From the IMG/VR virus record IMGVR_UViG_3300046779_002349, positions 86,180-150,179 of that record: 64,000 nucleotides of DNA. The stretch is one strand, 5' to 3'. The translations under genes and the position numbers were made by a program. The notes under the pieces are model-generated. The model did not search any database. It worked only from the letters and a program-made list of their open reading frames with translations, and had not been told where the DNA came from. Shown here one piece after another: positions 17,273 to 29,425 of the stretch. This stretch comes from a virus. Position 1 is the stretch's first letter, and every line of letters starts with the position of its first letter.

Positions 17273-17643
17273 AATGTAATTGTTGTTTTCTGTAGATTTA
17301 CAGTTTTTGCGTCTCCTAGTTTTATAAATCTGTAAAATCCAATTCTGTGGGTTTCCAGATGGTTAAACCTATAAGGGATGGCGACTAGTAATCCTCTAGG
17401 GTCTGCTATCGTAGGTTCATCCAATATATGCCCCACGAGAGTAGTATAGACAAATTGATCTGAGCTTTCGTAGGCTGGACTGTTTATTGCCTTAGAAAAC
17501 CGGATTAATAAATCTGTATCTTTTGGAAAAGCAACTAAAGCAATGTCAACCTTATTGCCTATAAACTTTATCAGATCTGGGTCTGGGCTTACTTCTTTTA
17601 AAATATTGATTACTTTTTCTCTTAGAGTTATTAATGCGTTCAT
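17269..17643 (-). CDS. tagged hypothetical protein, second family
   Basis: TLREKVINI; ends NLQKTTITL. Confidence 0.75.
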   Translation of the reverse strand: MNALITLREKVINILKEVSPDPDLIKFIGNKVDIALVAFPKDTDLLIRFSKAINSPAYESSDQFVYTTLVGHILDEPTIADPRGLLVAIPYRFNHLETHRIGFYRFIKLGDAKTVNLQKTTITL

Positions 17644-18014
17644 AAAGTAATTGTTATTTTCTGTAGATTTACAGGTTTAAAGTCTCCGAGTTTTACAAAA
17701 TAGTACCCATTTATTTCGTGGGTGTGTGCTATCCAATGCGGAGTATTTAAAAGAAACCCACGAGGGTTTGCTGTTGTTTCCTTATCCCGCAATGCTTTTG
17801 AAAGAGTAACGTAGGGAAAATTGGTTTTTGTCGCTCCTACTATATTTAAGCTTATTGCAAAATCAATTAATTTATCTTTGTCTGCAAGAAAAGCAGCCAA
17901 CGCAAGGTTTGCACTTGTGTTAATAACATAATCCTCTAGAGCTTCGTCTGGGTTTACCTCTCTTATGATATTAAGTATTTTTTCTCCTAGAGTTCGTGGT
18001 TTGTACGTGTCCAT
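17640..18014 (-). CDS. tagged hypothetical protein, second family
   Basis: TLGEKILNI; ends NLQKITITL. Confidence 0.75.
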   Translation of the reverse strand: MDTYKPRTLGEKILNIIREVNPDEALEDYVINTSANLALAAFLADKDKLIDFAISLNIVGATKTNFPYVTLSKALRDKETTANPRGFLLNTPHWIAHTHEINGYYFVKLGDFKPVNLQKITITL

Positions 18015-21000
18015 AGTTTATTCGGTTCGATAAATTTTGTAATGGCTCTGTCCTGTAGATGTATTATAGGTAGAACATCTACCGATCTGCGTATTGGCAT
18101 ATAAACATGATCTACCAATGTTACTACTCTGTATTTGATTAATATGTTGTCCAGAAATGCGTCTTCTAAATTCGACAGCTTTTTTAAGCAGGAAATAGAT
18201 ATAGTGTTTCTAATTCCCCTAGAGATTGACTCAGTGTACTTTGCGATGGGGCAACAATTGATTGTTGGCATAAATGTAATTTTCTAATAGTGTTTCTACT
18301 TCGGATAGTGATTGACTAAGTGCGATTTGTGATGGGGCAATAATTGGTTCGAATAGCATATTACTCCAAAGGATCTCTGACAGTCTGAGTTGCAACCCTC
18401 GTGAAATATGTGTTCTCATTAGCTCCATGTGCTCGATGTGTATTCCTAATTGCATGTTATATATAATTTTAGTTGAATACTTTTGTGCAGGAATGATGTT
18501 CCACTAAATCCTCTAAATGAGAGAGAGTAGTGTCCAACCGGACTAATGATGTACTCATTATACCTTTGTATGTGCGTAGTGCTATAGTTTCGTGTAATGG
18601 GTCCTTCAAGTTTGCAACTAGTGTATTGTTTATAAAACTAGTTATGCGTATCCCCATTGGTGTGTCTGGGTAATTTATAAATATTGAGTTCATTGTCTAT
18701 GTAGTCTTCTAAAATACCACTACACTCCCGTAAAGAAGTACCTACTCTACCGAACTTATCGTCTATATTGTGGGCTTGTTCTAAACTAATCTTGCCGTAA
18801 GAACGGAACGTTAACTCCATGCTCAATTCGTTCATGATGGAACTAATGATATTTTTCTTGTGCAGAGTAGAAACATCATTAACTCTCCTGCGAATTCCTT
18901 TCTGTAATTTTTTCATTTATGTTGTGTAGCTCAAGTTCGTAACGGAAAACGAATAAGGAGTTGAATATTTTGTCCTGTAAGTTTCGCCTAAGTTGAATAA
19001 ACAACTCGTAATCCCATTCGTCATCCACATTCAACGCAGAGTAAACAGAATTTCTTATAGCGGAAATATTAGGCGCTTGTGCTACTACATTATCTATGTA
19101 TTTATGGCTCATCTCTTTGTGAAGTATGGTAAAGAATTTCTTCATTTATGGTTGGTAGGTCCCCGTCGCGAAAGAAAATAAACATGGTTATTTTGCACAG
19201 GCTAAGAGATCTACTCAACATAGTGCCAGGCCTACGTGCGATTTCGGTTGATTCTTTTGTATATTTATTTTTTTTTACTATTTCTTCATCGCATAATGTG
19301 TTCAGCACAGTTAGGCGGGTATTAAGAAGGAACATATCCACCGAAACTGTAAGTTTGTAATTTTTGTTACTCAATTGTGTAACAGGTATATCTTTCTGAC
19401 TCATCTCTTTGTGAAGTATGGTGTAAAGAATAGACTGTCTGCTAACGTGTCTAGTACCCAATCTAATGATGTTCTCAAATCTGTTTTTAACTCAAACATT
19501 AACTGCTCTGCTCGAAGTGTATCTCTATGTTTATAGTGAAATAAGAAATTTGTTTCTTGTGCAATAGGGGAAACTATTTTTACGCTCATCTTTACTGCGT
19601 ATCTCCCTAAGTAGTCTGATATATTATCTACTGGGTTACTCATTTATTTATTTCGTTAATAACTCTTCTTTCTGATTGCCGTATGTGAAAATCAATTATG
19701 CGTATAGAAAATTCCAACTTCTCCATTGCAAAAAATATATAAAAACCAATGTTTGGTTTTTGCTGTCTTATCTCTTTTCCTATTTGTTCGATTGTTTTAG
19801 GTATTATAATGGGCATTGGTTTATTTCGTTAATAACTCTTCTTTCTGATTGTCGTATGTGAAAATCAAATATACTTAGCGATAAAGTTAACTGAAGTGTT
19901 GCTAGAGATAACCTAATATCAATATATGGTCCTTCTGAGATAAATCGCCATCTCATATCTTCTATTTTTTTATTATACGTATCATGATGCAACTGTTCTA
20001 TCTCTTTTCCTATTTGTTCGATTGTTTTAGGTATCATAATGGGCATTGATTTATTTCGTTAATAACTCTCCTTTCTAGCTTGCGGACATAGAAATCGGCT
20101 ATGTTTAAGGAAGTATTTAACTTTCGCGTTAGCATCCACAAACGACGATCAATTACGCTTGTTTCTGCTGTAAACTCCCACTCTAAACAGTCTAATTTGT
20201 TGTAATAAGTATCATAATGAAGTTGGCGAGTTTCTATTGATATTTGTTCGATTGTTTTAGTCATAATCTGATAAAACTAAATTTAAGTTCTCCATCACAT
20301 CATAGCAGGTCTGCTCTAATGTCAAAACTATTGCATCCGTCGTTTCTACGCATCGAGATCGAGGAAAATTACCTACGACAAAGGGTACGGAAGTACCAGT
20401 CTGTAGGGTTCGTGCTTGATGAAAAATACTACCCCTTAAGTCTCTCGCAATAGTTGACACTTCGTTATTTAATGCGTAAACCGCCATGACTAATACATAC
20501 TGAGGTGTATATTACTTGTTTATGTTGTCAGTGCTCATCTTCTTTTCCTGGAAAGTCTATTTCATATAATAGATCATCAATGTGTTCTGATGTCTCTAGT
20601 GTGTGAACTGTTAGCCTCCAGTAAGCGGTCCAAGATAACCCTCTAGTTTTGGTGTGTATAGTTTTACTTACACGGCTATATATTGGGTTTATCAGGATTC
20701 GTTTTATCTTCATGTCTATAATATCTATACTCCTAGGTAGCGTGAATCTAGTGCTATATGTCATTGATTATTTTTCTGAATTGTTTTTCTATGATTCTAT
20801 AGACACCAGATTCAATACTCCTCACTAAAGGGTCGGCTACTATATTTTTAACTTGTAAAAATAATTTCACTTTTTCTGAGATTGCTATGTCGGCTAAATC
20901 GCAGCAGAAATCGGCGAGGGGCTTTTCTACATCATATAGCGCCAGTGCTATAGTTTGTTTATTCATGTGTAATCCATTGATCTATTAATAATTCTTCGTG

Positions 21001-23543
21001 GATAGATTTATCGCGTTTGATCTTTTGAGTACGTCCGCAGCATCAGCAGAAGAAAATGCCCACTTGATAATCTCTTCCGGAGTTATTAGCCCATCTCGAA
21101 GATCTTGGATCCACATGTCTTTTGTAAGTCCTTTAATGGCTCTACCTATCACAAGCTTCTCCACGATTAGTGGATGCCTGGTGGGGAGGTCTTTTCCTTG
21201 AGATTCGTTAGCAACAAGCCACTCTAGAGCTGAGCATCCATTAACACAAAGCTCTTTTCTTTCGGCTGGAAGGGGTCTAACTTCTCTCCTACCAAGTTCG
21301 AGTAAACACTTAAACAAAGGCAATGCTTTGCGCTTTGATTTTGTGCTTATTTTAAAATCATTAATTTGTTTTCCTGCACTCGATGTCATTGATTATTTTT
21401 CTGAATTGTTTTTCTATGATTCTATAGACACCAGATTGAATACTCACCACTAAAGGTCTAACTAATATAGATCTAATTTGTTCATATGCGTTAAAGTTTT
21501 CTTCGATTACTATATCTGTTAACTCACAACAGAAATCACTTAAAGGAAATTCTGCCTTGTTTAAACTGCATTCTATAGTTTGTTTATTATTATGTAATAC
21601 ATTCATCTAGTAATAGTTCTTCGTGGATGTCGAGTGCTTTGTCCAGAAATATGGACTCAATTCGTAATAAGCTTTTTGTAGTCGGTAATTTAATTTTAAA
21701 AAATACATCAGAAATCTGTGGATTTTTTCTGTTGTAATGCCTGATATATGAGATCAAAATGTTTTGGGCGTTTCCTACATTTTTTACGCTCTGGTCGATT
21801 ACTCCGCCAAACAAATCGTCATAGGCTAATGGGTATATTGTTTGTTGCATTATTTGTTGTATTTGTATTTGTTAAAATCTATAGCTTCCGTAATAGCATC
21901 GGTAATATGCCTTTGAGTTACGTCCGCTCTTAACTCTATTTCGTTATAACAAAAAGTATCTAGCTCTCCGTGGATATGGGATCCTATAGCGTGTAACAAA
22001 TCGTATTGCATTAGCCCATACACCGGATTATGAAACCAAGTTATATGTGCGGCTAACTCGCGTTCTTCTTCAAGGTTTTTAATATTATGGTTGATCATCG
22101 TTGTATTTGTTAAAAGCTAAGGCTTTCTCTATAGTGTCATTAACACTGCTCTGAGTTATGTCGGCCCGTAGCTCTAGTTCATTTAAACAAAAAGTAGCTA
22201 GCTCTCCTTGGATATGAGGCTGCATACAACTAAACAAATCGTATTCTTGTAGCCCATACACTTGCCCATGAAACCAAGTTACATGGGCGGCTAACTCGCT
22301 GTCTTCTTCATAGTTTTTAATATTATGGTTGATCATCATGTACGAAGTTGGTGAATTCACAGTACTGGTTGACACACTGTACTATCTGATTGTGCGTAGT
22401 AGTAGCCCTAAATTGGAATCGGTTAAACATAAAATTTGATGTGTGATAACCATAGCTAGCATTAACAAAGTCATCTAGGTCTATTAAAAAAACATAAAAA
22501 TTCCAAAAAAAACAACAAGGTGTTTTTTCAAACATATCTTCATCTTCAGTATATGTAATATTGTTATTGTCTATCCTTATCATTTCCTAGTTTAAAGTTA
22601 TTTGTTAACATAGTGTAAACACAATCCACCGAAACAATTGCAGGGTAGTAAATTGTATCTGTTGGGCGCATTACGCACGATATTACGATGGACTGCACAT
22701 GGAAATGTAAAGTCTCATCTAAATTATCAATTACCGTAAAAAAAGCAGGAACTTTTTTAGCTAAAGCAAAATCATCTAGTGGTTGTAATTCGTTATTGGC
22801 TATCATTGTCAATTTCCTAGTTTAAAATTAGGTGTTAACATGTCTAAAATGGCTGAGCGTGTATTAGATCCGCTAAGGTGTAGTCCATAGGAATGCCAGC
22901 TTTCACGGCTGTATGCTTTATGTGCTCGCCATATATACCGCGGCAAATCATCCTTTAAATCAGATATGGTTTTGAAGTAGTTAGGTACTGCCGCTGCCAA
23001 CCTAAACTCATCTATTATCTCCATCGAGTTATTGGTTATCATGGTCAATTTCCTAGTGTAAGATCATTTTTTAAAATTTCTATAACTGAGGTAGGGGTTC
23101 TGCGGCATGCTATCTCTAAATTAGATACAAAACCACGTGCACGTATATTATGCCGCTGTATGTCTATCTGAGCACATAGCGCGCTCTCATGATCCCTTAT
23201 TTCCCTAAACCAACTAGGAATCGATGCTGCCAACCTAAACTCATCTACTATTTTTATTGAGTTATTAGATATCATTTTATTCTACAAGTTTAAAGTTTTC
23301 GTTTAGCATGTATATAATAGCGACGTGGGTTTCATCAGCTCGAGTGTCAGTTTTATCATAAACGAAAAATGTCTTAGCTCCTGACGCCTCAGTTTGTATT
23401 TGCACACTAATGGCATCAATTAGCTCAACTAGACTGTAGAAAAAACTAGGTATAGTTTTCCCTTTTACGATTTCATATGCTTCTATTGTGTTGTTGTTTA
23501 CTATCATTGTTTTGAAAATTTTTGATAAAAAAAATGAAGACAA
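17987..23543 (-). other. run of about 22 small (mostly 58-95 aa) hypothetical genes containing several paralog sets
   Basis: Paralog sets 19640/19804/20034, 20754/21361, 21850/22085, and 22323-23543 (MxxIxNN starts). Confidence 0.8.
19640..19816 (-). CDS. third, shorter paralog of 19804/20034 (58 aa, not in the ORF track)
   Basis: MPIIIPKTIEQIGKEIRQ...DFHIRQSERRVINEINK. Confidence 0.7.
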   Translation of the reverse strand: MPIIIPKTIEQIGKEIRQQKPNIGFYIFFAMEKLEFSIRIIDFHIRQSERRVINEINK

Positions 23544-23561
23544 AGTTAATTGTCTTCATTT
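23527..23561 (-). terminator. intrinsic terminator after the tRNA
   Basis: AAATGAAGACAA/TTGTCTTCATTT hairpin followed by a T-run on the minus strand. Confidence 0.8.
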
Positions 23562-23568
23562 GTTAAAG

Positions 23569-23651
23569 TGGTCTAGGGGGGACTCGAACCCCCATGCCTT
23601 TTGGGCAACGGATTTTAAGTCCGCAATGTCTGCCTATTCCATCACTAGACC
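23569..23651 (-). tRNA. trnL: tRNA-Leu (anticodon TAA)
   Basis: GGTCTAG/CTAGACC acceptor stem, GCGGA-CTTAAAA-TCCGT anticodon arm, long variable arm, GGGGG-TTCGAGT-CCCCC T arm; CCA not encoded. Confidence 0.95.
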
Positions 23652-23666
23652 TCAACAGGATACATT

Positions 23667-23696
23667 ATTATATAACACAACTAGCACTATTTTTGC
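23667..23696 (-). promoter_or_regulatory. conserved phage promoter motif, copy 2 (upstream of the tRNA)
   Basis: GCAAAAATAG-TGCTA-GTTGTGTTA-TATAAT. Confidence 0.75.
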
Positions 23697-23906
23697 TAAT
23701 CCTCATTGTCATTTTCTTCTGCATTTTCTTCTGCTAGGGTGTGTAGTATAAGGGAACTGCACTTCTCCATGAACTCATCGTGATCGTATCTATAGTAAAT
23801 TCTATAATCGTCAATCTCTGGGTCAGAAAGAATTATGACGTAATTTCTTTTTTCTTTATCCAAAGCCTCTACGAGATCTTGCGCAAAGTCTAAAGTCATA
23901 TTATGT

Positions 23907-24434
23907 TTATTTTATGTGTTTAAAAAGAATATTTGCGGAAGCATACGCATCTGCCCCTGGATGATGATAAGGAAGTTCTGATTCATTTCTAGGTACAGGA
24001 ATCAATGGATCTTCTCCTGCGCTAAACATAATAGAGGAAATGTCCAATAATGGATATGGTCCTTCCCAATGTCTACTTGGGTCGTCGGCAATACAAGCAG
24101 ATAAAAAATTGCTTTCTACTGGCCACGGAGTCTCAGCCGCGACCATCAAATTATCATATTCTTTTTTGGCTTGTGTGTAGTATTTCCAAAATGCATTTCG
24201 AATATCCTTAGGTGTGTTATACAGAGCAGGCATTAAAGGTACATTATCGTTTACCCAAGCTCTGTCTTCCGGAGTAGCGTACAGCCCTTCTATTGGACAC
24301 ACAAAAAGAAATGTATCTAACCGTTCTCTTTTGCGATTAAAAACAGCGCCACCTACTGCAAATCCTTCTCCGTGTAATCCCATAGACTCTACGTCGAAAA
24401 CCAAGTAATGCTTTGTTTGATCTTTATTAGCCAT
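23907..24434 (-). CDS. DEDDh 3'-5' exonuclease family protein
   Basis: VFDVESMG, LLDISS and HHPGADA motifs. Confidence 0.75.
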   Translation of the reverse strand: MANKDQTKHYLVFDVESMGLHGEGFAVGGAVFNRKRERLDTFLFVCPIEGLYATPEDRAWVNDNVPLMPALYNTPKDIRNAFWKYYTQAKKEYDNLMVAAETPWPVESNFLSACIADDPSRHWEGPYPLLDISSIMFSAGEDPLIPVPRNESELPYHHPGADAYASANILFKHIK

Positions 24435-24476
24435 GGGATTAATGTATTGAGTATTTACTAATTTGCAACTATTTTT

Positions 24477-24692
24477 TTAGCTCAACCGTTTCGTTATTGT
24501 TTCTACCGTATCTTTACTACGTAGAGAGCCTGTGAAGGTGTAGGGGAACTTTAGTTCTAGGCGAAGCTCTAGCAACATAATATCCAAGGAATCTAATCCA
24601 AGGGAGCCTAGACTTTTGTTTAAATCTAGATCTTTTGGCTGTATCCCCAGAATGTCGCATATCTGGCAAATAATAATAGTTTTTGTGTTCAT
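24477..24692 (-). CDS. acyl carrier protein-like
   Basis: LGSLGLDSLDIMLL phosphopantetheine-site motif; start MNTK overlaps the upstream stop. Confidence 0.7.
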   Translation of the reverse strand: MNTKTIIICQICDILGIQPKDLDLNKSLGSLGLDSLDIMLLELRLELKFPYTFTGSLRSKDTVETITKRLS

Positions 24693-25162
24693 CTTTTTCT
24701 GCGTAGAGTCCACATAGCAAAACCTAAACCAATAAGGAGTGTCTGGGAAGGTTCTGGAATAGCTACGGATTTAGGAACCCATACATTATCCTTATAGACA
24801 ACTCCTCCTACTTGCACAGTAGCTTTTCCTACTACTGGGGTGGAAACAGTTTCAAAAATAAATGTAATTGGTCTTGAGCTATTGGATGTGGGATTCAACG
24901 TCCAAGAAATTGACTCATCCTCAATGGTTACTGGATAAACAACTGGTACTCTCACAAAGTCTATAACCACTGGACCATCGAAGAAAATATCAATATCCTC
25001 TAGATTGCCTACGTTGATGTTTCTAGGAGTGATCTGGTAGGAGTAACGAAATGTGCCAGGAACTACCTCGGATACGCTAGAATTGATGTACTGGTTAAAT
25101 GTAGTTGTAACTGCTGAAAAAGCAGTTGTTACTGTAAAGAGTAGAATAGCTAAAGTTTTCAT
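24689..25162 (-). CDS. PEP-CTERM sorting-domain surface protein
   Basis: Signal peptide MKTLAILLFTVTTAFSA; C-terminus IPEPSQTLLIGLGFAMWTLRRKR. Confidence 0.9.
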   Translation of the reverse strand: MKTLAILLFTVTTAFSAVTTTFNQYINSSVSEVVPGTFRYSYQITPRNINVGNLEDIDIFFDGPVVIDFVRVPVVYPVTIEDESISWTLNPTSNSSRPITFIFETVSTPVVGKATVQVGGVVYKDNVWVPKSVAIPEPSQTLLIGLGFAMWTLRRKR

Positions 25163-25172
25163 GTGAGTCTGA

Positions 25173-25200
25173 TTATAAACCATGTACTCGATTTTAGCAA
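25173..25200 (-). promoter_or_regulatory. sigma70-like promoter of the PEP-CTERM gene
   Basis: TTGCTA-17-TATAAT. Confidence 0.65.
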
Positions 25201-25213
25201 CCCTGCATTAGAT

Positions 25214-25246
25214 AAAAAAAAAGCCAAGGTGTTACCCTTGGCTTTT
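25214..25246 (-). terminator. intrinsic terminator
   Basis: AAAAGCCAAGG/CCTTGGCTTTT hairpin with a long T-run on the minus strand. Confidence 0.8.
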
Positions 25247-27459
25247 CTGGTTTTAATACCTGATCGATCCTAGCCTGTCGTAGCATTTTTTATTACGGAG
25301 TTTAGCATCGATTAGAACTATTTTCTTTCTACGTTTACCATACCAACGTTTTTCTCCATCTTCATCCAAGAATCGATTTGGGAACTCCCATTCTTCTTCT
25401 TTGACTCGCTGGGTTATAATTTTATTAAGTCGTTGTTGTACCCTAGCAGGAATTTTCAAAGATTTATTTCTCTCTTTCCATTCTGATTCGACGCGCCAAC
25501 GAATGTGTTCTTCACAGAGTTTTACTAATTCTCCCTCATTGATTTCAATATCCATCCAATCTTCAACAAAGCCATTCCACATTTTGATATCTGGATTGCC
25601 TTTAATCTTTTGTAGTTTTTTGATTAGATCATTTTTTCTCATTCTGATTGGTCTCTTTCATAGGTTAGTAAACAGTCTAATAATACCTCCAATCAGCATA
25701 ATTGTTGCGAGGCACGAGGCAATAAATACGGCAATGCCTATCATGGCAGTTTTTAATCCGAAACCTAAAATCAGCACAGCCAACAATATAGCTACTGCTG
25801 GGAGCGTCATCAAAATTCCGATTAATATGTCTTTTGTTTGATTTGTCATAATTTGTTTATTTTGATTTGTTATCTTCCCTACCCAGTAGGAGTGTCATTC
25901 CATAACCAAATGAAATTATTGCAGCACAAGCGGTAACCACGGCTGCAAACGCTAGTACAGTAGCTTTTAATCCGAAACCTAAGATCAGCACAGTTAATAA
26001 TAGTGCTACTGCTGGAAGAAGCATCAAAACTCCTAGTAATTTTTTTTGTGTTTTTGTCATAATTTGTTTAGTTTGTTTTTTTAGTTCAATAACCTCATCT
26101 GTTAATTGAATCACAGCTTCCATGGATTCTTTATATAGAGACTGCTGCAACTTATATAAATCTCTTCTAAAAGCTAAATCTTCTTTTGTTGTTTGAAGCT
26201 CTTTTTTGAGGAGTTCAATCTCTTCTAGTAGTTTATCACTCATACTTCTTTAGTAATTGTTCTGCTTCTTCTAAAGCCTTTCTTGTATTTTCTACTACAG
26301 GACATTCTTTATCATCCGCATGATACTCATTTTTGCTATGGTGTAACTCATTGCAGGAGAGATTTCTTGGAAATACTTTGATTAGTTTTCTCAATGCAGT
26401 TTCCATCTCTCCTAATTGAGCTGAAGCGGTTTTTAATTTTTCGTTTTGTTTATTAACTTTGTCGAGCTCGCAAAAAGGACATTCTTGTGGGGACCACCCA
26501 TCTGTAATTGTTTCAGAATCGCAAGCACCACAGATCGCATGATATTTACCCATTTGTGGTTCCTTTCACTTCTGCTAAAGCTTTATCCGCAATCTCTGCA
26601 CATGCCTGTTGGCTGTGGTGTCTTTTAGAAATTTCGATTAGTGCATCTTCTAAAATACTAAAATTCTTTTTAGTGTCTAAAAGTTCGTGTTTGAGTTTGT
26701 TTAACTGCGCGTCCTTTGCTGTTACTGGGCATGTGTGAAAATACATTGAAGGATATTGAGTCCCACAGTTATTACAGGTGATGAGGTCTGGTTTTGATGG
26801 GTCGTGTATATATAGCATTGGTTTATTTAATCGATTTTTATTTTTAGTTTCTTTGCTTGATCTTTTAACTCCTGCATTTGTTTTTGAATCGCATAGACTT
26901 GATAAGCCGCTAAATCTTTTTCATATTTTACCATCCTTGCTTTGTACTCTTTCAGCAGTTTACGATAATCTCTAGCGTGCTCTTTGTACACACGGATATC
27001 GTGAGCATAATCTGCTTGCTCTAGTGCAATTTGATTTTTGTGTTTATATTTTTTCTTTACGATATAAACAACGCCACCCCAAAAAACAATTTCTTCGTTG
27101 GAGTACTTTTCTTTAATTTGTTGCAGTTTTACTATAATACTTTCCACTGTGGTTTTTTTCTCCTGCTCTGCCCTGTAAACCGCTTTGTAACTTACTGTGT
27201 ACTCCAAAGGTTTAGTGCGTGGTTTACTTGGTGGATAAGGTTTAATTGGTTTTATAGGCTTGTCCATTTTGTTTTATATTAATTTTGTTAAGGCATTTTG
27301 GGCAATAAGCTGATTTCATATCTGGTGTGTATTTGGTCCTTCTGTGATTGAAAGACCATCGAGCTTTATCGGGAATCCAAAACTTGATGTTTTTACACCC
27401 ACACACGAAACCTCTTTCATTACGGTTTTCGCATGTGGGTGTAAGGAATTGTTGGCTCA

Positions 27460-28305
27460 TTAATCTACAGGGATTGTTTTATTAGCCGTATCCCGAATAT
27501 CGATGAGAATTGCAGCTAATTTCTCAGTAGACTTACTTTCTCCAGGAGTATAGTGATAGAGGTAGCTACTCGCTTTAGAGTAAATCTCTTGTAACTTAGT
27601 CGCATACAAATCCCTCTGGTCTTTAATTGATTTTATTTTCAAATCAATGAGGATATCTACTTCTGGTTGATATTCAGTCATACCGACACCACCAACCGTT
27701 TTACTCAGCATAGCAAAAGAGGCTGCACGTTCCTCACTTACGGTTCTGTGAGCTCTCTGCCATTTTTCTACTTCGCTTGGTAATGTAGTTCCTTTATGCT
27801 GCATAAGAGCTTTCCTTGCTTTGTCTAGCTCGGATTTAAGTTCCTCTATCTGAGAGACTAGCTGTTTAGCAGCATCAACAACGTCAGGGGTTTCTGCAGT
27901 GTCTAATTCTTTAACTTTTTTCAGAGTTTCATCAATTTCTTCCATAATAATAATCTTTGGTTCGTGGTACTTAACTAGTTCTCTTGCTTTAAGGATTGCC
28001 GTAATTAGTAAATCCTTCTGCTTGGTAAGTGTCTCGTTTTCTTTATATTCAGCAGAATACTCCTGAGCAAGTTGTTTTACTAACTCGGGTAGATTTTCTT
28101 CTGTGTGATTGGGAACGTAACTGCAAGGAATCTGATAAAGAGTATCTTTCAATATCTTTCTAAGGCGAGTTAGTTCCTGTTCTCGCTCGACTACAGAAAT
28201 ATTAGGATGCGACTCATGCAATTTTTTTATCTCTTCTGGAAAGAGTCTATGAAAAGAATCTTCCCCGTCTTTGGAAATATTTACAGCTTCAATTTGTGTA
28301 CTCAT
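27460..28305 (-). CDS. coiled-coil hypothetical protein
   Basis: 281 aa, E/K/L-rich. Confidence 0.6.
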   Translation of the reverse strand: MSTQIEAVNISKDGEDSFHRLFPEEIKKLHESHPNISVVEREQELTRLRKILKDTLYQIPCSYVPNHTEENLPELVKQLAQEYSAEYKENETLTKQKDLLITAILKARELVKYHEPKIIIMEEIDETLKKVKELDTAETPDVVDAAKQLVSQIEELKSELDKARKALMQHKGTTLPSEVEKWQRAHRTVSEERAASFAMLSKTVGGVGMTEYQPEVDILIDLKIKSIKDQRDLYATKLQEIYSKASSYLYHYTPGESKSTEKLAAILIDIRDTANKTIPVD

Positions 28306-28313
28306 GTTATAGC

Positions 28314-28682
28314 TTATTTGTTAAATATTACGTAGGTTATACATAGCGTAGATATATGAATAAATTGGTCAAAACCAATTACCGTGAAGAACGCATGAAT
28401 TTTATTTTTTTGGTATAGGGTGCTTGTCAAACGACTGGTACCATAATCAGTAATAAAATGTGCAATAGCGTTTACAACAGTCCATGCAATTCCCAATACT
28501 ATATTCTCGTAAAAATTAAATGCGGAAAACACAAACAATCCGAGGAAATAAATAAAAACATGGTAAGCTAAAGCTAAATTAGATTTGCTTTTGTTATTAG
28601 CCATATTACGTGTTTGTAAGACAAAGTCAAACAACCAATGAATAAACAGTAGTGTAATTAATTTAGTTAGGTCAATAGTCAT
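28314..28682 (-). CDS. DUF3307-like membrane protein
   Basis: HWLFDFVLQT..MA.NKS, HFITD and GFDQFIH motifs. Confidence 0.75.
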   Translation of the reverse strand: MTIDLTKLITLLFIHWLFDFVLQTRNMANNKSKSNLALAYHVFIYFLGLFVFSAFNFYENIVLGIAWTVVNAIAHFITDYGTSRLTSTLYQKNKIHAFFTVIGFDQFIHISTLCITYVIFNK

Positions 28683-29425
28683 AATTTTATTTTAGGGTTA
28701 ACTTCTTCATCCCAGCGTCTGTGAAAAGAAGACTGGTATCCTCGTTGTCTTCAATTAGCTGATCTATTACTTCAGCTAGTTGATCTAATCTGTGCTCGTT
28801 GTAGTTGAAATGTCCTCCACTCATAACGCGTTATTAAAAATTACGAACGCCATAGATTCTTACTTCGCGTTCGTGTAGCTTATAGGTTTCCAGTTTTCTT
28901 TTAATTGATCGTGTGTAATAATTTCCGTCATTACCTTCATATTCCTCCTCTTCCCCAGTTTCCTCAGTGTCGAAGATTCTCTCAACAGGATAAAAGGAAC
29001 CTAATCCGTATTTGACTGTTTTATTAAATTCTTTTTCGAATTTGTAATCAACATGTGTTCCATTGTAAAATGCCACTTTATTTTCATCTCGGAACATACG
29101 ACGATCTTTGATGTCGTAATTTCTTGAAGAGGTATAATTATTGTTATACTTCTGACGAATTTGAATTAACTGGTCGTCTCCTGATAGGATGTTGCAAAAC
29201 TCGTCCCATGTAATTTCTTTTTCGATTATCTTATGTGGTTCGCTCATGATCTATTAGCAAATATGTTTGATACAATAATAGATACGCCTAAAGCAATACA
29301 ATACCATACTGCTTGTGAATAAGATAAATTTTCACTAAGCAGTACGGTAATTAAAATTGCAAAAGGAGTCGTAAGTATAATAAACGTAGGTAAAATCTTA
29401 ATTAATAATCTCAGAATGGTCATAG

